This document shows, piece after piece, positions 8,982-18,400 of a stretch of 46,440 nt of DNA (its first letter is position 1; each line of letters begins with the position of its first letter). The notes below the pieces were generated by a model. That model saw only the letters and a list, made by a program, of their open reading frames with translations. It ran no database searches and had not been told where the DNA came from. Origin of the DNA: a virus (taxonomy: Duplodnaviria > Caudoviricetes); the IMG/VR virus record IMGVR_UViG_3300017965_000003, positions 1 through 46,440 of that record. One strand, 5' to 3'. A program made the position numbers and the translations under genes.

Positions 8982-9427
8982 GCGAGCACGTCCGCACGGT
9001 CTTCCGCACCGCGATCGTGGCCGCGACCCCGCTGCCGTACTTCGAGACCATCGCGCAGTCGCTCGACCTGAACACGGTCCCGAGCCTCTGGTGCACGCTC
9101 GAATTCCCGCTCGTGACCTCCACTCGCACGACGATCGGTTATCCGGCCTGCTTTCGCGAGGGCGGAACCGTGCTGCTGCGGGTGCTCGCGCGCAGCGGGC
9201 GCGGCGACACCGAAGCGATCCACGCGGCGGAGCTGCTGCGCGAATTCTTCGACCAGCCGTACATCGACGACGTCCGCATGCTCGCCACCAGCCCGCCCGC
9301 GCTCGCGCCGGTGGACAACGGCGAGTGGATCGACGTCATCGTCGCCGTCGACTACGAGTGGGACTACACCGTTCCGGCGTCGCTCGCCAAGACGCGCCGC
9401 ATGCAATCCGAAGGAGTGATGCCATGA
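8978..9427 (+). CDS. Putative tail terminator protein
   Basis: ATGA-coupled start; FREGGTVLLRVLARSGRG...AELLREFF pattern; immediately precedes the tail tube. Confidence 0.65.
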   Translation: MSEHVRTVFRTAIVAATPLPYFETIAQSLDLNTVPSLWCTLEFPLVTSTRTTIGYPACFREGGTVLLRVLARSGRGDTEAIHAAELLREFFDQPYIDDVRMLATSPPALAPVDNGEWIDVIVAVDYEWDYTVPASLAKTRRMQSEGVMP

Positions 9428-10533
9428 CGACCTCTGCTGACCTCGTGCGTCTGGCCGAAGTGCCGGAAGTGACCTACGGCGTGACGCCCGCGACCCCGGC
9501 GTTCAAGGTGATTCGCACCAGCGGCGAATCGCTCGCGTTCGCACCGACGACGACGCAGTCGGCGAACATGAATCCGCTGCGGCAGACCACCGACTCGATC
9601 CTCACCGGCGGCAACTCGGCCGGCGCGATCAACTACGAGCTGGCGAAAGAGGTCTGGTTCGAGGACCTGCTCTCGGGCGCGATGTGCAACGACTGGGTCA
9701 CCAACGTGCTGACCATCGGCGTCAAGCTCAAGTCCTTCACGATCGAGAAGACGATCCCGATCACGACCTCGACGTTCGACTACCACCGCGTGCCCGGCGC
9801 GATCATGAACGGGTTCAGCATGACGATCGCGCCGAACGCGCCGATCACGTCGACCTTCGACATTCTCGGGAAGGACTACATCACCGCCTCGGCGATCGTG
9901 ACCGGCGCGACCTACGGCACGCTCGCAATGAAGCCCGTCTTCACCGCGCCGCTGGTCACGAACATTTCGATCACGGGCATCGCGGCCGGCACGCCGTGCT
10001 TCAACAACATCACGCTGACGCTGAACAACAACGACCGCGCGCTCGAATGCATCGGCAGCCTCGGCGCGCGCGAGATGGCCCTCGGCCGCGCAGAGGTCAC
10101 GATCGCGTTCAGCCTGTACTACTACGACAAGGCCCTGCTGGACCTGCTCAAGGCGCAGACCGCATTCGCGATGAGCTTCACCATCGTCGACAGCGACACG
10201 GTCCCGAACTCGTACCAGTTCGACCTGCCGAAGTGCAAGCTGACGCAGTGCACCGTCGTTGCCGGCGGCACCGGGCAGGACGTCGTCGCGGACTGCATCG
10301 CGACCGCGCTGCTCGACACCGTGACGGGGACGTCGCTCAAGATCACGCGACTGCCGGGCGCAGCCACGCTCGGCGAAGCGATCGTTGTCGACGACGAGGA
10401 CGAAGGTGCCGCGCGCGAAGTCGAGCGCGAGGACGCCACGCGCGACGACTTGCTGCCGCCCGACGAGCTGCCGCTTGGAGAGCCCGGGCACCCCGAGCCC
10501 GTGCCGCCGTCGCTGCTGACCGAAGCGAGGTGA
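9424..10533 (+). CDS. Major tail tube protein
   Basis: EVTYGVTPATP, GAINYEL, KSFTIEK, LTLNNN, YQFDLPKCK motifs of siphophage tail tube; ATGA-coupled start. Confidence 0.85.
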   Translation: MTTSADLVRLAEVPEVTYGVTPATPAFKVIRTSGESLAFAPTTTQSANMNPLRQTTDSILTGGNSAGAINYELAKEVWFEDLLSGAMCNDWVTNVLTIGVKLKSFTIEKTIPITTSTFDYHRVPGAIMNGFSMTIAPNAPITSTFDILGKDYITASAIVTGATYGTLAMKPVFTAPLVTNISITGIAAGTPCFNNITLTLNNNDRALECIGSLGAREMALGRAEVTIAFSLYYYDKALLDLLKAQTAFAMSFTIVDSDTVPNSYQFDLPKCKLTQCTVVAGGTGQDVVADCIATALLDTVTGTSLKITRLPGAATLGEAIVVDDEDEGAAREVEREDATRDDLLPPDELPLGEPGHPEPVPPSLLTEAR

Positions 10534-10537
10534 TTCG

Positions 10538-10957
10538 ATGGACCTGCGCAAGAAGTTCGGCGGCGACCGCGCGATGGAGGTCGACGGTGTCGACCTGCAC
10601 CTGGGCGGCGATGCGTACATCACGATCGCGCGCGCGGGCGGCACCAACGTCGCCTATGCGCGCGCGGTGCAAAAGTACCTGCGCCCGATTCGCAAGCGCG
10701 ACCGCTTCGAAAGCGAAGACCTCGACCTGGAGGAATACGCCGACGTCCAGCGGCAGGCGTTCGCCGACACGATCGTGCTCGGCTGGCGGGGGATCGAACT
10801 CGACGGCGCGCCGCTGCCGTTCACACGTGACAACGCGCTGCGTCTCATGCGTGACCTGCCCGACCTGTGGGAGGTCGTGAAGGCACACGCCGAGAAGCTG
10901 GCGAACTTCCAAAGGGAGGACGTTGAAGAGATGGGAAAAGCATCGCCCGCCACCTGA
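10538..10957 (+). CDS. Tail assembly chaperone (gpG-like)
   Basis: ITIARAGGTN...ADTIVLGWRGI...LPDLWE; follows the tail tube; slippery site near the end. Confidence 0.85.
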   Translation: MDLRKKFGGDRAMEVDGVDLHLGGDAYITIARAGGTNVAYARAVQKYLRPIRKRDRFESEDLDLEEYADVQRQAFADTIVLGWRGIELDGAPLPFTRDNALRLMRDLPDLWEVVKAHAEKLANFQREDVEEMGKASPAT

Positions 10958-11250
10958 TCTGGTGGGCGCAGTGGGGCACGCATGTCGACAAGCTGCTCGT
11001 GGTCGCGCGCAGCGGCTCACCGGTCAAGGCACTCGACAACGCGCCGCCGTCGAGACCGGACCTCGCGCTGTACCTGCGCTGCTACTCCGACACGGCAAGC
11101 GAGCGCAACGCACACGGGCGCATCCCGTTCGGCGCAGTGGCCGGGTGGTGCGAGGTCTACGGGGTCCAGGTCGATGAATGCTGGGACGTCATTCGGATTG
11201 CTGACGCAGAGGTGCACAAGTGGCAGAGCACTACCGCTACGAGCAGGTGA
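10933..11250 (+). CDS. -1 frameshift extension of the tail chaperone (gpGT-like)
   Basis: G GGA AAA slippery heptamer at 10933-10939; the -1 frame is open to 11250 (…SIARHLIWWAQWG…GRIPFGAVAGWCEVYG…). Confidence 0.8.
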   Translation, partial: GKSIARHLIWWAQWGTHVDKLLVVARSGSPVKALDNAPPSRPDLALYLRCYSDTASERNAHGRIPFGAVAGWCEVYGVQVDECWDVIRIADAEVHKWQSTTATSR

Positions 11251-11969
11251 AGGAAACGAAGGACATGGTGAAGTTCGTCCACGAGACTTTGCCGAAAGAT
11301 GTGCGCACCACGATCAAGAACATCTTTGCGATCGAGGTCGAGGGACAGGCGCGGCTCGGGCAGAAGCCGCAAAGCATGCTGATCGACGGGAAGCGAAACC
11401 AGCTCGACAACGTGCAGCGCAAGGCCCAGGCGATCTTCTCCGACCCGGTGCGCGTCATGCGCGCGCTGGAGCACGCATGGGACCAGCTCATCAAGCGCAC
11501 GCGCTACCTGAACCCGGTCGACTACTGGCCCTGGCCGCCGAAAAAAGAGCCCGGCACCGCGCGTAAGTCGTACGCGCTGTACCTGAACGGGAAGCCGGTC
11601 GGCGAGCGCGGCGACATTCAGCGCGTGGTCGAGGGCATGGGCCCGCAGGACCGCATCTCGATCGTCGGGCCCGGCGTCGCGTACGGCCGGAAGATGTACT
11701 GGCGACCCGCCGGCAAGGCCCGGAAGATCAAGAAGAAACGCGGCCACTTCGACCCGCGCGAAGGCACGAAGGTGCATGGCACCTACGACGAGCCGATTCA
11801 TCGCTACGTGATGCGTCTGATCCAACGGCAGTTCCGCGACCTCTACGTCGCCGACAACTGGGTCGAGCTGCGCCACTTCGTGCGCGGCTACGCAAGCGAC
11901 CGCGTGAAGCTCGGCACCCGCTGGCCCGCGATCACGATCGGCCCGAAGTGGAAAGGACGGGTGCACTAA
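11220..11969 (+). CDS. Hypothetical basic protein, possible displaced tail-completion/neck protein
   Basis: 249 aa ORF with phage-like codon usage; TAATG-coupled to the tape measure gene; function inferred from position only. Confidence 0.5.
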   Translation: MAEHYRYEQVKETKDMVKFVHETLPKDVRTTIKNIFAIEVEGQARLGQKPQSMLIDGKRNQLDNVQRKAQAIFSDPVRVMRALEHAWDQLIKRTRYLNPVDYWPWPPKKEPGTARKSYALYLNGKPVGERGDIQRVVEGMGPQDRISIVGPGVAYGRKMYWRPAGKARKIKKKRGHFDPREGTKVHGTYDEPIHRYVMRLIQRQFRDLYVADNWVELRHFVRGYASDRVKLGTRWPAITIGPKWKGRVH

Positions 11970-14224
11970 TGGCCGCCGAAGCCGTCACCCGCCGTGTCAT
12001 CGAAGTCGTCGTGCAGGCGTCGGCGGACGCGAATCGCCAGATCAAGGCGATCGAGAAGCAGATGAAGGGGGTCGAAGACCAGATCACGAAGACGCAATCG
12101 GTGGCGCGGAATTTCGCCGTCGCTTTCGGCCGTGCGTTCGTCGGCGCGCTCGTCGCGCAGCAGACGATTGATGGCATCCGCTCGCTGATCGACGGGATCG
12201 ACAAGCTCGGCGACGAATCGCAGCAGCTCGGCATGAGCGTCAGCGAACTCACGCGCTGGCAGCACGCCGTCACCATGTCCGGCGCGTCGAGCGAGGACTT
12301 TGCGAAGGGGGTCGTCGCGATCTCGAAAGCGATGGACGACCTCGAAGGCAAGTCGAAGGGGGCGTCGTTTCTGCGCAGTGCCGGAGTGAAGGAAACGGAC
12401 AGCGCGACCGAGGCACTGCTCAAGTTCGCCGACGCGTACAAGGCGATGCCGAACAGTCCGCAGAAGCTCGCGATCGTGATGGACGTGCTCGGCAAGTCCG
12501 GCCGCGCGCTCGGCCCCGCGATGAACGAAGGGGCGGCCGGCCTCAAGAAATTCTTCGACGAGTCCGACCGCGTCGGCAGCACCGTCAACGAGCAGACGGC
12601 GAAGGACGCGCAGGAGTACGGCGACAACGTGCAAAAGATCGGCGAGAAGGGCACGGCAGCAGGCCGCGCGCTCATTGCCGAGCTACTGCCCGCACTCGTG
12701 GCGATCACCGGCGAACTCGCAAAGAGCCCGAGCGACAACGGGTTCCTTGGCCGCCTCGGGCAGGCCACTGGCCGCACGGTAGTCGCGGTGACGAATGCCG
12801 CGCGTGGCACGAAGGACGCTTTCCGGGGAGCGGGCAAGGAAGTCGAGAACCTGTACCGGGCCGGCAAGGCACTCGCAGACGGCAACGGCGACCGCGCGCT
12901 CGATCGGCTTACGCAGGCCGGGAGCAGGTTTACGCGCACGATGAAGGAATCCGCCAAGGCGAGCGAGAAGCTGACCGACGAGGTCGAGGACCGCTACGAC
13001 CCTGCGCTGCGCGCGCAGGCGATCGCAGACGCCGAGGCGGCCAAGAAGGCGGCCGACGAGCAGGCGAAGGCGGCCGATGCGGCGCGCAAGCAGCGCGAGA
13101 AGGACGACGTCGAGAAGCGCGCGCAGGCCGAGAAGGCCAAGCAGTTCCACGAGCAAAACCTCGCGCGCTTGAAGCAGCAGGGCGACGCGCTGGAGCGCGC
13201 AGGCGAAAGCTACAAGACGCTGTCGCACGCTGAACAGCTCGAAGCTGACGTGAAGGCCGGTCGCATCGTCGCGACGACCGCTGCTGAGAAAGCTGAACTC
13301 GAAGAGAACCGCCGCAAGGCTGCGCTCGCTGACGCCACCGAGTTCCTGAACAAGGCGCAGGAGGAAGCGAAGAAAGTGCTGGATGACTCGGCGCAGTCCG
13401 CGCGCGAGCACACTGACGCGATCGAGAAAGCGCGCACCGCATACGCGGACATGAGCGATCCGCTGCGCGAGACGCGCCGTCAGCTCGCGGAACTCGATGC
13501 GATCCTCGCGGACACCAAGCCGAGCGATGAACGGTATGCCGCACTCATGAAGACGCGCGACGCGCTCGTCCAACAGCTTCTGCCTGCAGTGTCGATCGTG
13601 GGCGACGAAATGACCGACGCCGAAAAGTCCGCGAAGGAATTCGCCGACACGATGAAGCAGGGCGTCACCGATGCTGCGATGCAGACGTCCGACGCGATCG
13701 TCGACGCATTCAGCGGCGCGAAGATCGAGATCGATCAGATCATTCGATCGATCCTGTCGGGCATCGCGAAAGTCATGCTGCAACGCGCGATCATGCGCGG
13801 ACTCGACGCTGTCTTCGCTCCGCAGTCGGCGGTCCGTAGTGACAGCATCATGTCGGTCTACGGGGCGAAAGGTCTTGTCGTTGACAGAGGCGGCGTGACG
13901 GCGTTCGCCTCTGGCGGCATCGTGAGCGCGCCGACCATGTTCGCGCACGGCGGCGGGCTCGGCGTGATGGGCGAAGCGGGACCCGAGGCAATCATGCCGC
14001 TCAAGCGCAGCGCGTCGGGCGACCTCGGCGTCGCCGCCTCGCCGCTGAAAGTCGTCATCAACAACATGAACGGCTCGGCGGTGAAGACCGAAGAGTCGAG
14101 CGGCCCGAACGGCGAGCAGCAGCTCCAGATCATGATCGACCGCGCGGTCGAGGAAGGTCTCGGGCGCGGCCGCTACGACCGCGTTCTGTCGACCTCCTAC
14201 GGCGTGTCGCGCAGGGGACGCTAG
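11969..14224 (+). CDS. Tape measure protein
   Basis: Long Ala/Lys/Glu helical protein; C-terminal FASGGIVSAPTMF...GVMGEAGPEAIMPLKR lambda-type motif. Confidence 0.93.
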   Translation: MAAEAVTRRVIEVVVQASADANRQIKAIEKQMKGVEDQITKTQSVARNFAVAFGRAFVGALVAQQTIDGIRSLIDGIDKLGDESQQLGMSVSELTRWQHAVTMSGASSEDFAKGVVAISKAMDDLEGKSKGASFLRSAGVKETDSATEALLKFADAYKAMPNSPQKLAIVMDVLGKSGRALGPAMNEGAAGLKKFFDESDRVGSTVNEQTAKDAQEYGDNVQKIGEKGTAAGRALIAELLPALVAITGELAKSPSDNGFLGRLGQATGRTVVAVTNAARGTKDAFRGAGKEVENLYRAGKALADGNGDRALDRLTQAGSRFTRTMKESAKASEKLTDEVEDRYDPALRAQAIADAEAAKKAADEQAKAADAARKQREKDDVEKRAQAEKAKQFHEQNLARLKQQGDALERAGESYKTLSHAEQLEADVKAGRIVATTAAEKAELEENRRKAALADATEFLNKAQEEAKKVLDDSAQSAREHTDAIEKARTAYADMSDPLRETRRQLAELDAILADTKPSDERYAALMKTRDALVQQLLPAVSIVGDEMTDAEKSAKEFADTMKQGVTDAAMQTSDAIVDAFSGAKIEIDQIIRSILSGIAKVMLQRAIMRGLDAVFAPQSAVRSDSIMSVYGAKGLVVDRGGVTAFASGGIVSAPTMFAHGGGLGVMGEAGPEAIMPLKRSASGDLGVAASPLKVVINNMNGSAVKTEESSGPNGEQQLQIMIDRAVEEGLGRGRYDRVLSTSYGVSRRGR

Positions 14225-14227
14225 GCC

Positions 14228-14629
14228 ATGAGCCCGAACCAATCTTCGCCGCTTGCCGCCGGCCCCGTGCCGTTCGATGCGCCGCCGCTCACGTGGCCCG
14301 CCAGCCTGCCCGACTGCCCCGGTTCGTGGGCCGAGCAGGCCGAGCCCGTGAGCGTGCGCACGAACGTCGAGGAAGGCACACCGAAGGTGCGCAAGCGCTT
14401 CACCAAGCGCATCGTGCGCATGCAGGTCGGAATGACCATGACGATCGCGCAGCGCAACACGCTCGACGACTTTTTTTACACGACCCTGGACGGCGGGGTG
14501 CTCAGCTTCAACTTTCGGCACCCGTGGCTGAACGTGCTGACGCCGTTCCGCATGACCGAGGCACCGCAGTTCGCGAACGAAGGACCGATGGCGGTCAACG
14601 TGTCGATGGTCTGGGAGATCGCATCGTGA
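14228..14629 (+). CDS. Distal tail protein (Dit/gpM-like)
   Basis: WPASLP...VRTNVEEGTPKVRKRFT...FFYTTLDGGVLSFNFRHP; follows the tape measure gene. Confidence 0.75.
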   Translation: MSPNQSSPLAAGPVPFDAPPLTWPASLPDCPGSWAEQAEPVSVRTNVEEGTPKVRKRFTKRIVRMQVGMTMTIAQRNTLDDFFYTTLDGGVLSFNFRHPWLNVLTPFRMTEAPQFANEGPMAVNVSMVWEIAS

Positions 14630-15099
14630 CCCGCGCGCTGTCGGCCCGCGCGCTCGCCAGCCTGCTCGCGCATGAGTCGCGCGATGCGTTCCTGCTGCTC
14701 GCGACGCTGACCGACCCCGTCACCGGAACGGTCTACCGCGTCGCGAACAACACCGAGGACGTGGTCAGCAGCGGGCAGACGTTCAGCGCGTGCGCGTTCG
14801 GCTTCGCGTTCCCGCCCGACGACGACGAAGCCCCGAAGGGGGTGCAAATCCAAATCGACAACGTCGACCTGCGGCTGATCGGCATGCTGCGCTCGGTGAC
14901 CAAGCCGATCGCCTGCGCGCTGCAGGTCGTCGTCGCGGCGACGCCGAGCGTCGTCGAAATGGAACTGCCGTACCTGCAGATCGTCGAGGTCGAGTGGAAC
15001 GAACTCGTGGTGACCGGCAAGCTCGCGAGCGACGACCCGCTCAACCAAAAGTACCCGGCGCACATCTATGAGCCCAGAACTTTCCCGGGCATGTTCTGA
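14626..15099 (+). CDS. Minor tail-tip protein (DUF1833/gpL-like)
   Basis: GTGA-coupled start; RVANNTEDVVS...QIDNVD...YEPRTFPGMF pattern. Confidence 0.75.
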   Translation: MTRALSARALASLLAHESRDAFLLLATLTDPVTGTVYRVANNTEDVVSSGQTFSACAFGFAFPPDDDEAPKGVQIQIDNVDLRLIGMLRSVTKPIACALQVVVAATPSVVEMELPYLQIVEVEWNELVVTGKLASDDPLNQKYPAHIYEPRTFPGMF

Positions 15100-15469
15100 C
15101 CATGTCGGCGTGCCCTACGTCGAGCACGGTCGCACGCCGGCCGGCTGGGACTGCTACGGCCTCGTGTACTACATGAGTCGCCGCTACCTGCACCACGCGG
15201 TGCCGAGCTACACGCTGAGCTACACGCGCGCGACGCAGGCCGACGACGCCTTCGTCGAGCACCTGCCCGAGTGGCAGCGCGTGGAGGTGCACGCCGTCGC
15301 GCCGGGCGACGTGCTGGTGCTGAACGTGCTCGGGCTGCCGATCCACTGCGGGCTCGTGGTCGACGACGAGACGATGCTCCACTGCATGCGTGGCCGCGCG
15401 ACGGTGCTGGAGCGGTTCACCTCGTTCGCGTGGTCGCGCCGGATCGAGGGGGCGTACCGATGGACGTAG
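15068..15469 (+). CDS. NlpC/P60 tail-tip protein (gpK-like)
   Basis: GVPYVEHGR...WDCYGLV, PGDVLV, HCGLV, MLH catalytic pattern; start uncertain. Confidence 0.85.
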   Translation: MSPELSRACSDHVGVPYVEHGRTPAGWDCYGLVYYMSRRYLHHAVPSYTLSYTRATQADDAFVEHLPEWQRVEVHAVAPGDVLVLNVLGLPIHCGLVVDDETMLHCMRGRATVLERFTSFAWSRRIEGAYRWT

Positions 15470-18400
15470 TCGTTCGCCCGCACGTGCTCAGCGACCGCGA
15501 GGCCGCGACGCTAGACTGCGCCGAGGGCACGACCCTGGCGCAGATGGTCGCGGCCTTCCCGTGGCCCGATGGCGTCGAGCGGCATGTCGTCGCGCTCGTC
15601 AACGGGCAGTGCGTGCCGCGCGAGTGGTGGCCTCGCGTGCGCCCGCTCGCCGGCGCGCGGGTCCTGCTCGCGCTGGGCCTGTCGAACGGCGAGGGCGACA
15701 AGCAGACCCTCGCGCTGATCGCCTCGATTGCGGTCTCGGTCGCGTCCATGGGCGCGGCCTCGTCGATGATGGCGGCGGGCTACACGTCGTTCGCCGCCGG
15801 CATCGCATCCGCCGGCATCGCGATCGTCGGGAACCTCGCCATCGCGGCGATCTTCAAGCCGCCGCCGGTGCGGTTCGACCAGAACCCGGGGCAGTCGGTC
15901 AGCAAGCAATACACGTTCGGCGGCCAGAGCAACGCGCTTCGGCCTTACGGCGTGCTGCCGCGCGTGCTCGGCAAGCATCGCGTGTACCCCGACCTGATCG
16001 GGACCCCGTACACCGAGATTAAGGGCGACGACCAGTGGCTGAAGGCCCTCTACTGCTTCGGCTACGGCGGCGTCACCATCGAAGCGATCTGCATCGGCGA
16101 CAACCCGATCGACAACTACGAGTCGATCTACCGACCCTGGCCCGACTACAAGCGCGGCGACCCGCTGGAGCTGTATCTGACCGACGTCGCGATGGATCAG
16201 TACGCGCTCGCGACCTCGCTGAACACTGCGGTCTTCGTCCGCACGCGCCCGGACACGAACAGCGCGACGCTGGACATTTCGTACCCGAGCGGGCTCGGGA
16301 AGCTGAACATGACGAACGGGGGGATCGACCCCGTGTCCGCGCTCACGCGGCTGTACTTCCGCGCCGCGAGCGCTGCCGCAGGCGACCCCTGGCTGCCGGT
16401 CGTCGCCGCGCCCTGGTGGTCCATCAGCGAAGGCGTGATGAGCGGCCGCTACCCCGCGACGATTACCGCGACGCTGGTGCAGGCCACCGACCCGGCCGCG
16501 CCCCGCTACGCAACGATCCCGAAGGGCACGACGACGGTCACTCTCACGGCATGGGACACGACGCGGCCGCCGAAAAAGGACGACTACCTGCGGTTCGGCG
16601 GCTACGCGCGCGCGCTCGTGCTCTCGTTCGCCCCGCCGGTGGTCACGCTGACCGCGCCGACCGCGATCGCGATCAGCATCCCCGACTACGGCAGCGGGAG
16701 CACCGCGTCGATCGCAGCGGCCTACGACACGACGGACCCGTCGATCTGGACCGTCACGCGCCACCAGTACGAGCCCTTTATCACTGCGTTCACGATCCAC
16801 TTTCCGAGCAGCGGGCAGTGGGACATTCAGATCATCCAGGTCACGCCGCCGGACGGGTCCGCGAGCGCGGATCGGACGGTCACGGGCCTGCGCTCCGAGA
16901 AGCTGGGATCGATCCCCGTCTACCCCGACATCGGCGTGCCGCTCGCGCTGCTCGAATTGAAGATCAAGGCGACGGCGCAACTGTCGGGCGTGGTCGCGAC
17001 GCTGAACGCGATCGTCACGACGAAGGTGCCGACGTGGACCGGCTCGGCCTGGACGGCAGCCGACGTGGTCGGTGCGAGCAACCCCGCGTGGCAGTTTTGC
17101 GAGCTGCTGCGCGGGGTCGCGAACACCCGCGCGATCGATGCGAACCCGGCGGTCGCGCCGACGCGGCTCGACATGGTCACGATCAAGCGCTGGGCCGACT
17201 ACTGCGACACGGTGGCCGCCGGGTTCACCGAGCCGAACGGGCGGTGCAACTTCGTGGTCGATCGCCCGTACACGCTGTGGGAGCTGCTGTCGTCGGTCTG
17301 CACCGCCGGACGTGCGATGCCGACGATGAAGGACAACCGTTACTCGGTCATCATCGACGAAGAGGTGAAGCCCGAGATTCAGATTTTTTCCTCGCGCAAC
17401 TCGTGGGGCCTGTCGGCGCGCCGCAAGTACCTGCCGCTGCCGCACGCGCTGCGCGCGAAGTGGGTCAACCCGAAGGCCGGCTACGTCGAGGACGATGCGC
17501 CGATCTACGCGGCCGGCTACAGCGAGCAGGGCGAAGCCGGCGGCACCGTCGCGGCGCGGGTCTTCGAGGACCTGACGCTGTTCGGGTGCACGAGCTGGGA
17601 GCAGGCGAATCGGGACGGGCGGCTGTGGTTCGCGCGGGCGCAGCTACAGCAAGAAGAGTTCAGCATCTCGACCGATATCGAGAACGTCGTGTGCACGCGC
17701 GGCGACCTCATCGGCATCGCGCACGACGTGTTGCAGGTCGGCGGCTGGTCGGCACGCATCGCGGCGCGCACCGGTGCAGACCTGCAGTTCGACTCGACGC
17801 TCAAGCCCTTCGCGACCCCCTGGGCGTTGCGACACCGCAGCGCGGCGGGAGCAATCTCGGCAGCGCTGCCGTTCATCGCCAAGGTGGGCTCGCCTGGGTG
17901 GTTCACCGTGACCGGCCTGCCGGCGTCTGCAGCGGTCGGCGACCTCGTGCTGTACGGGACCTCGGGCGTCGAGCAGGGACGCTACATCGTCAAGGCGGTC
18001 ACGCCCGGCAACGACCTGACCGCGACGATCGACTGCATCGAGTACGCGCCGGGCATCTACGCCGCCGAGAAGGGGCCGATCCCGCCGTACGTGCCGCAGG
18101 GCCAGAGCCCGCAGACGTTCAACCCGCAGCCGGTGCTGGGCCTGACGGCGACGGTCACTGCGTGGACGGACGGCCGCTACCCGCATGCAAGCGTGACCCT
18201 GCAGTGGACGCCGCCGGCATCGACGCTGCCGCCGGTCAACTACATCGTCAGCAGCGTGGCCGCTGACGGGACCTCGCGCGAGATCGCTCGCACGACGAAC
18301 CTGACATACACGCCGCTGCCGGATGCGGAAACGTGGCATGCGCCGTACTCGGGCGCGGTGGTCAGGTTCTCCGTCACGCCGCAGTGGCAGGGCCTCGTCG

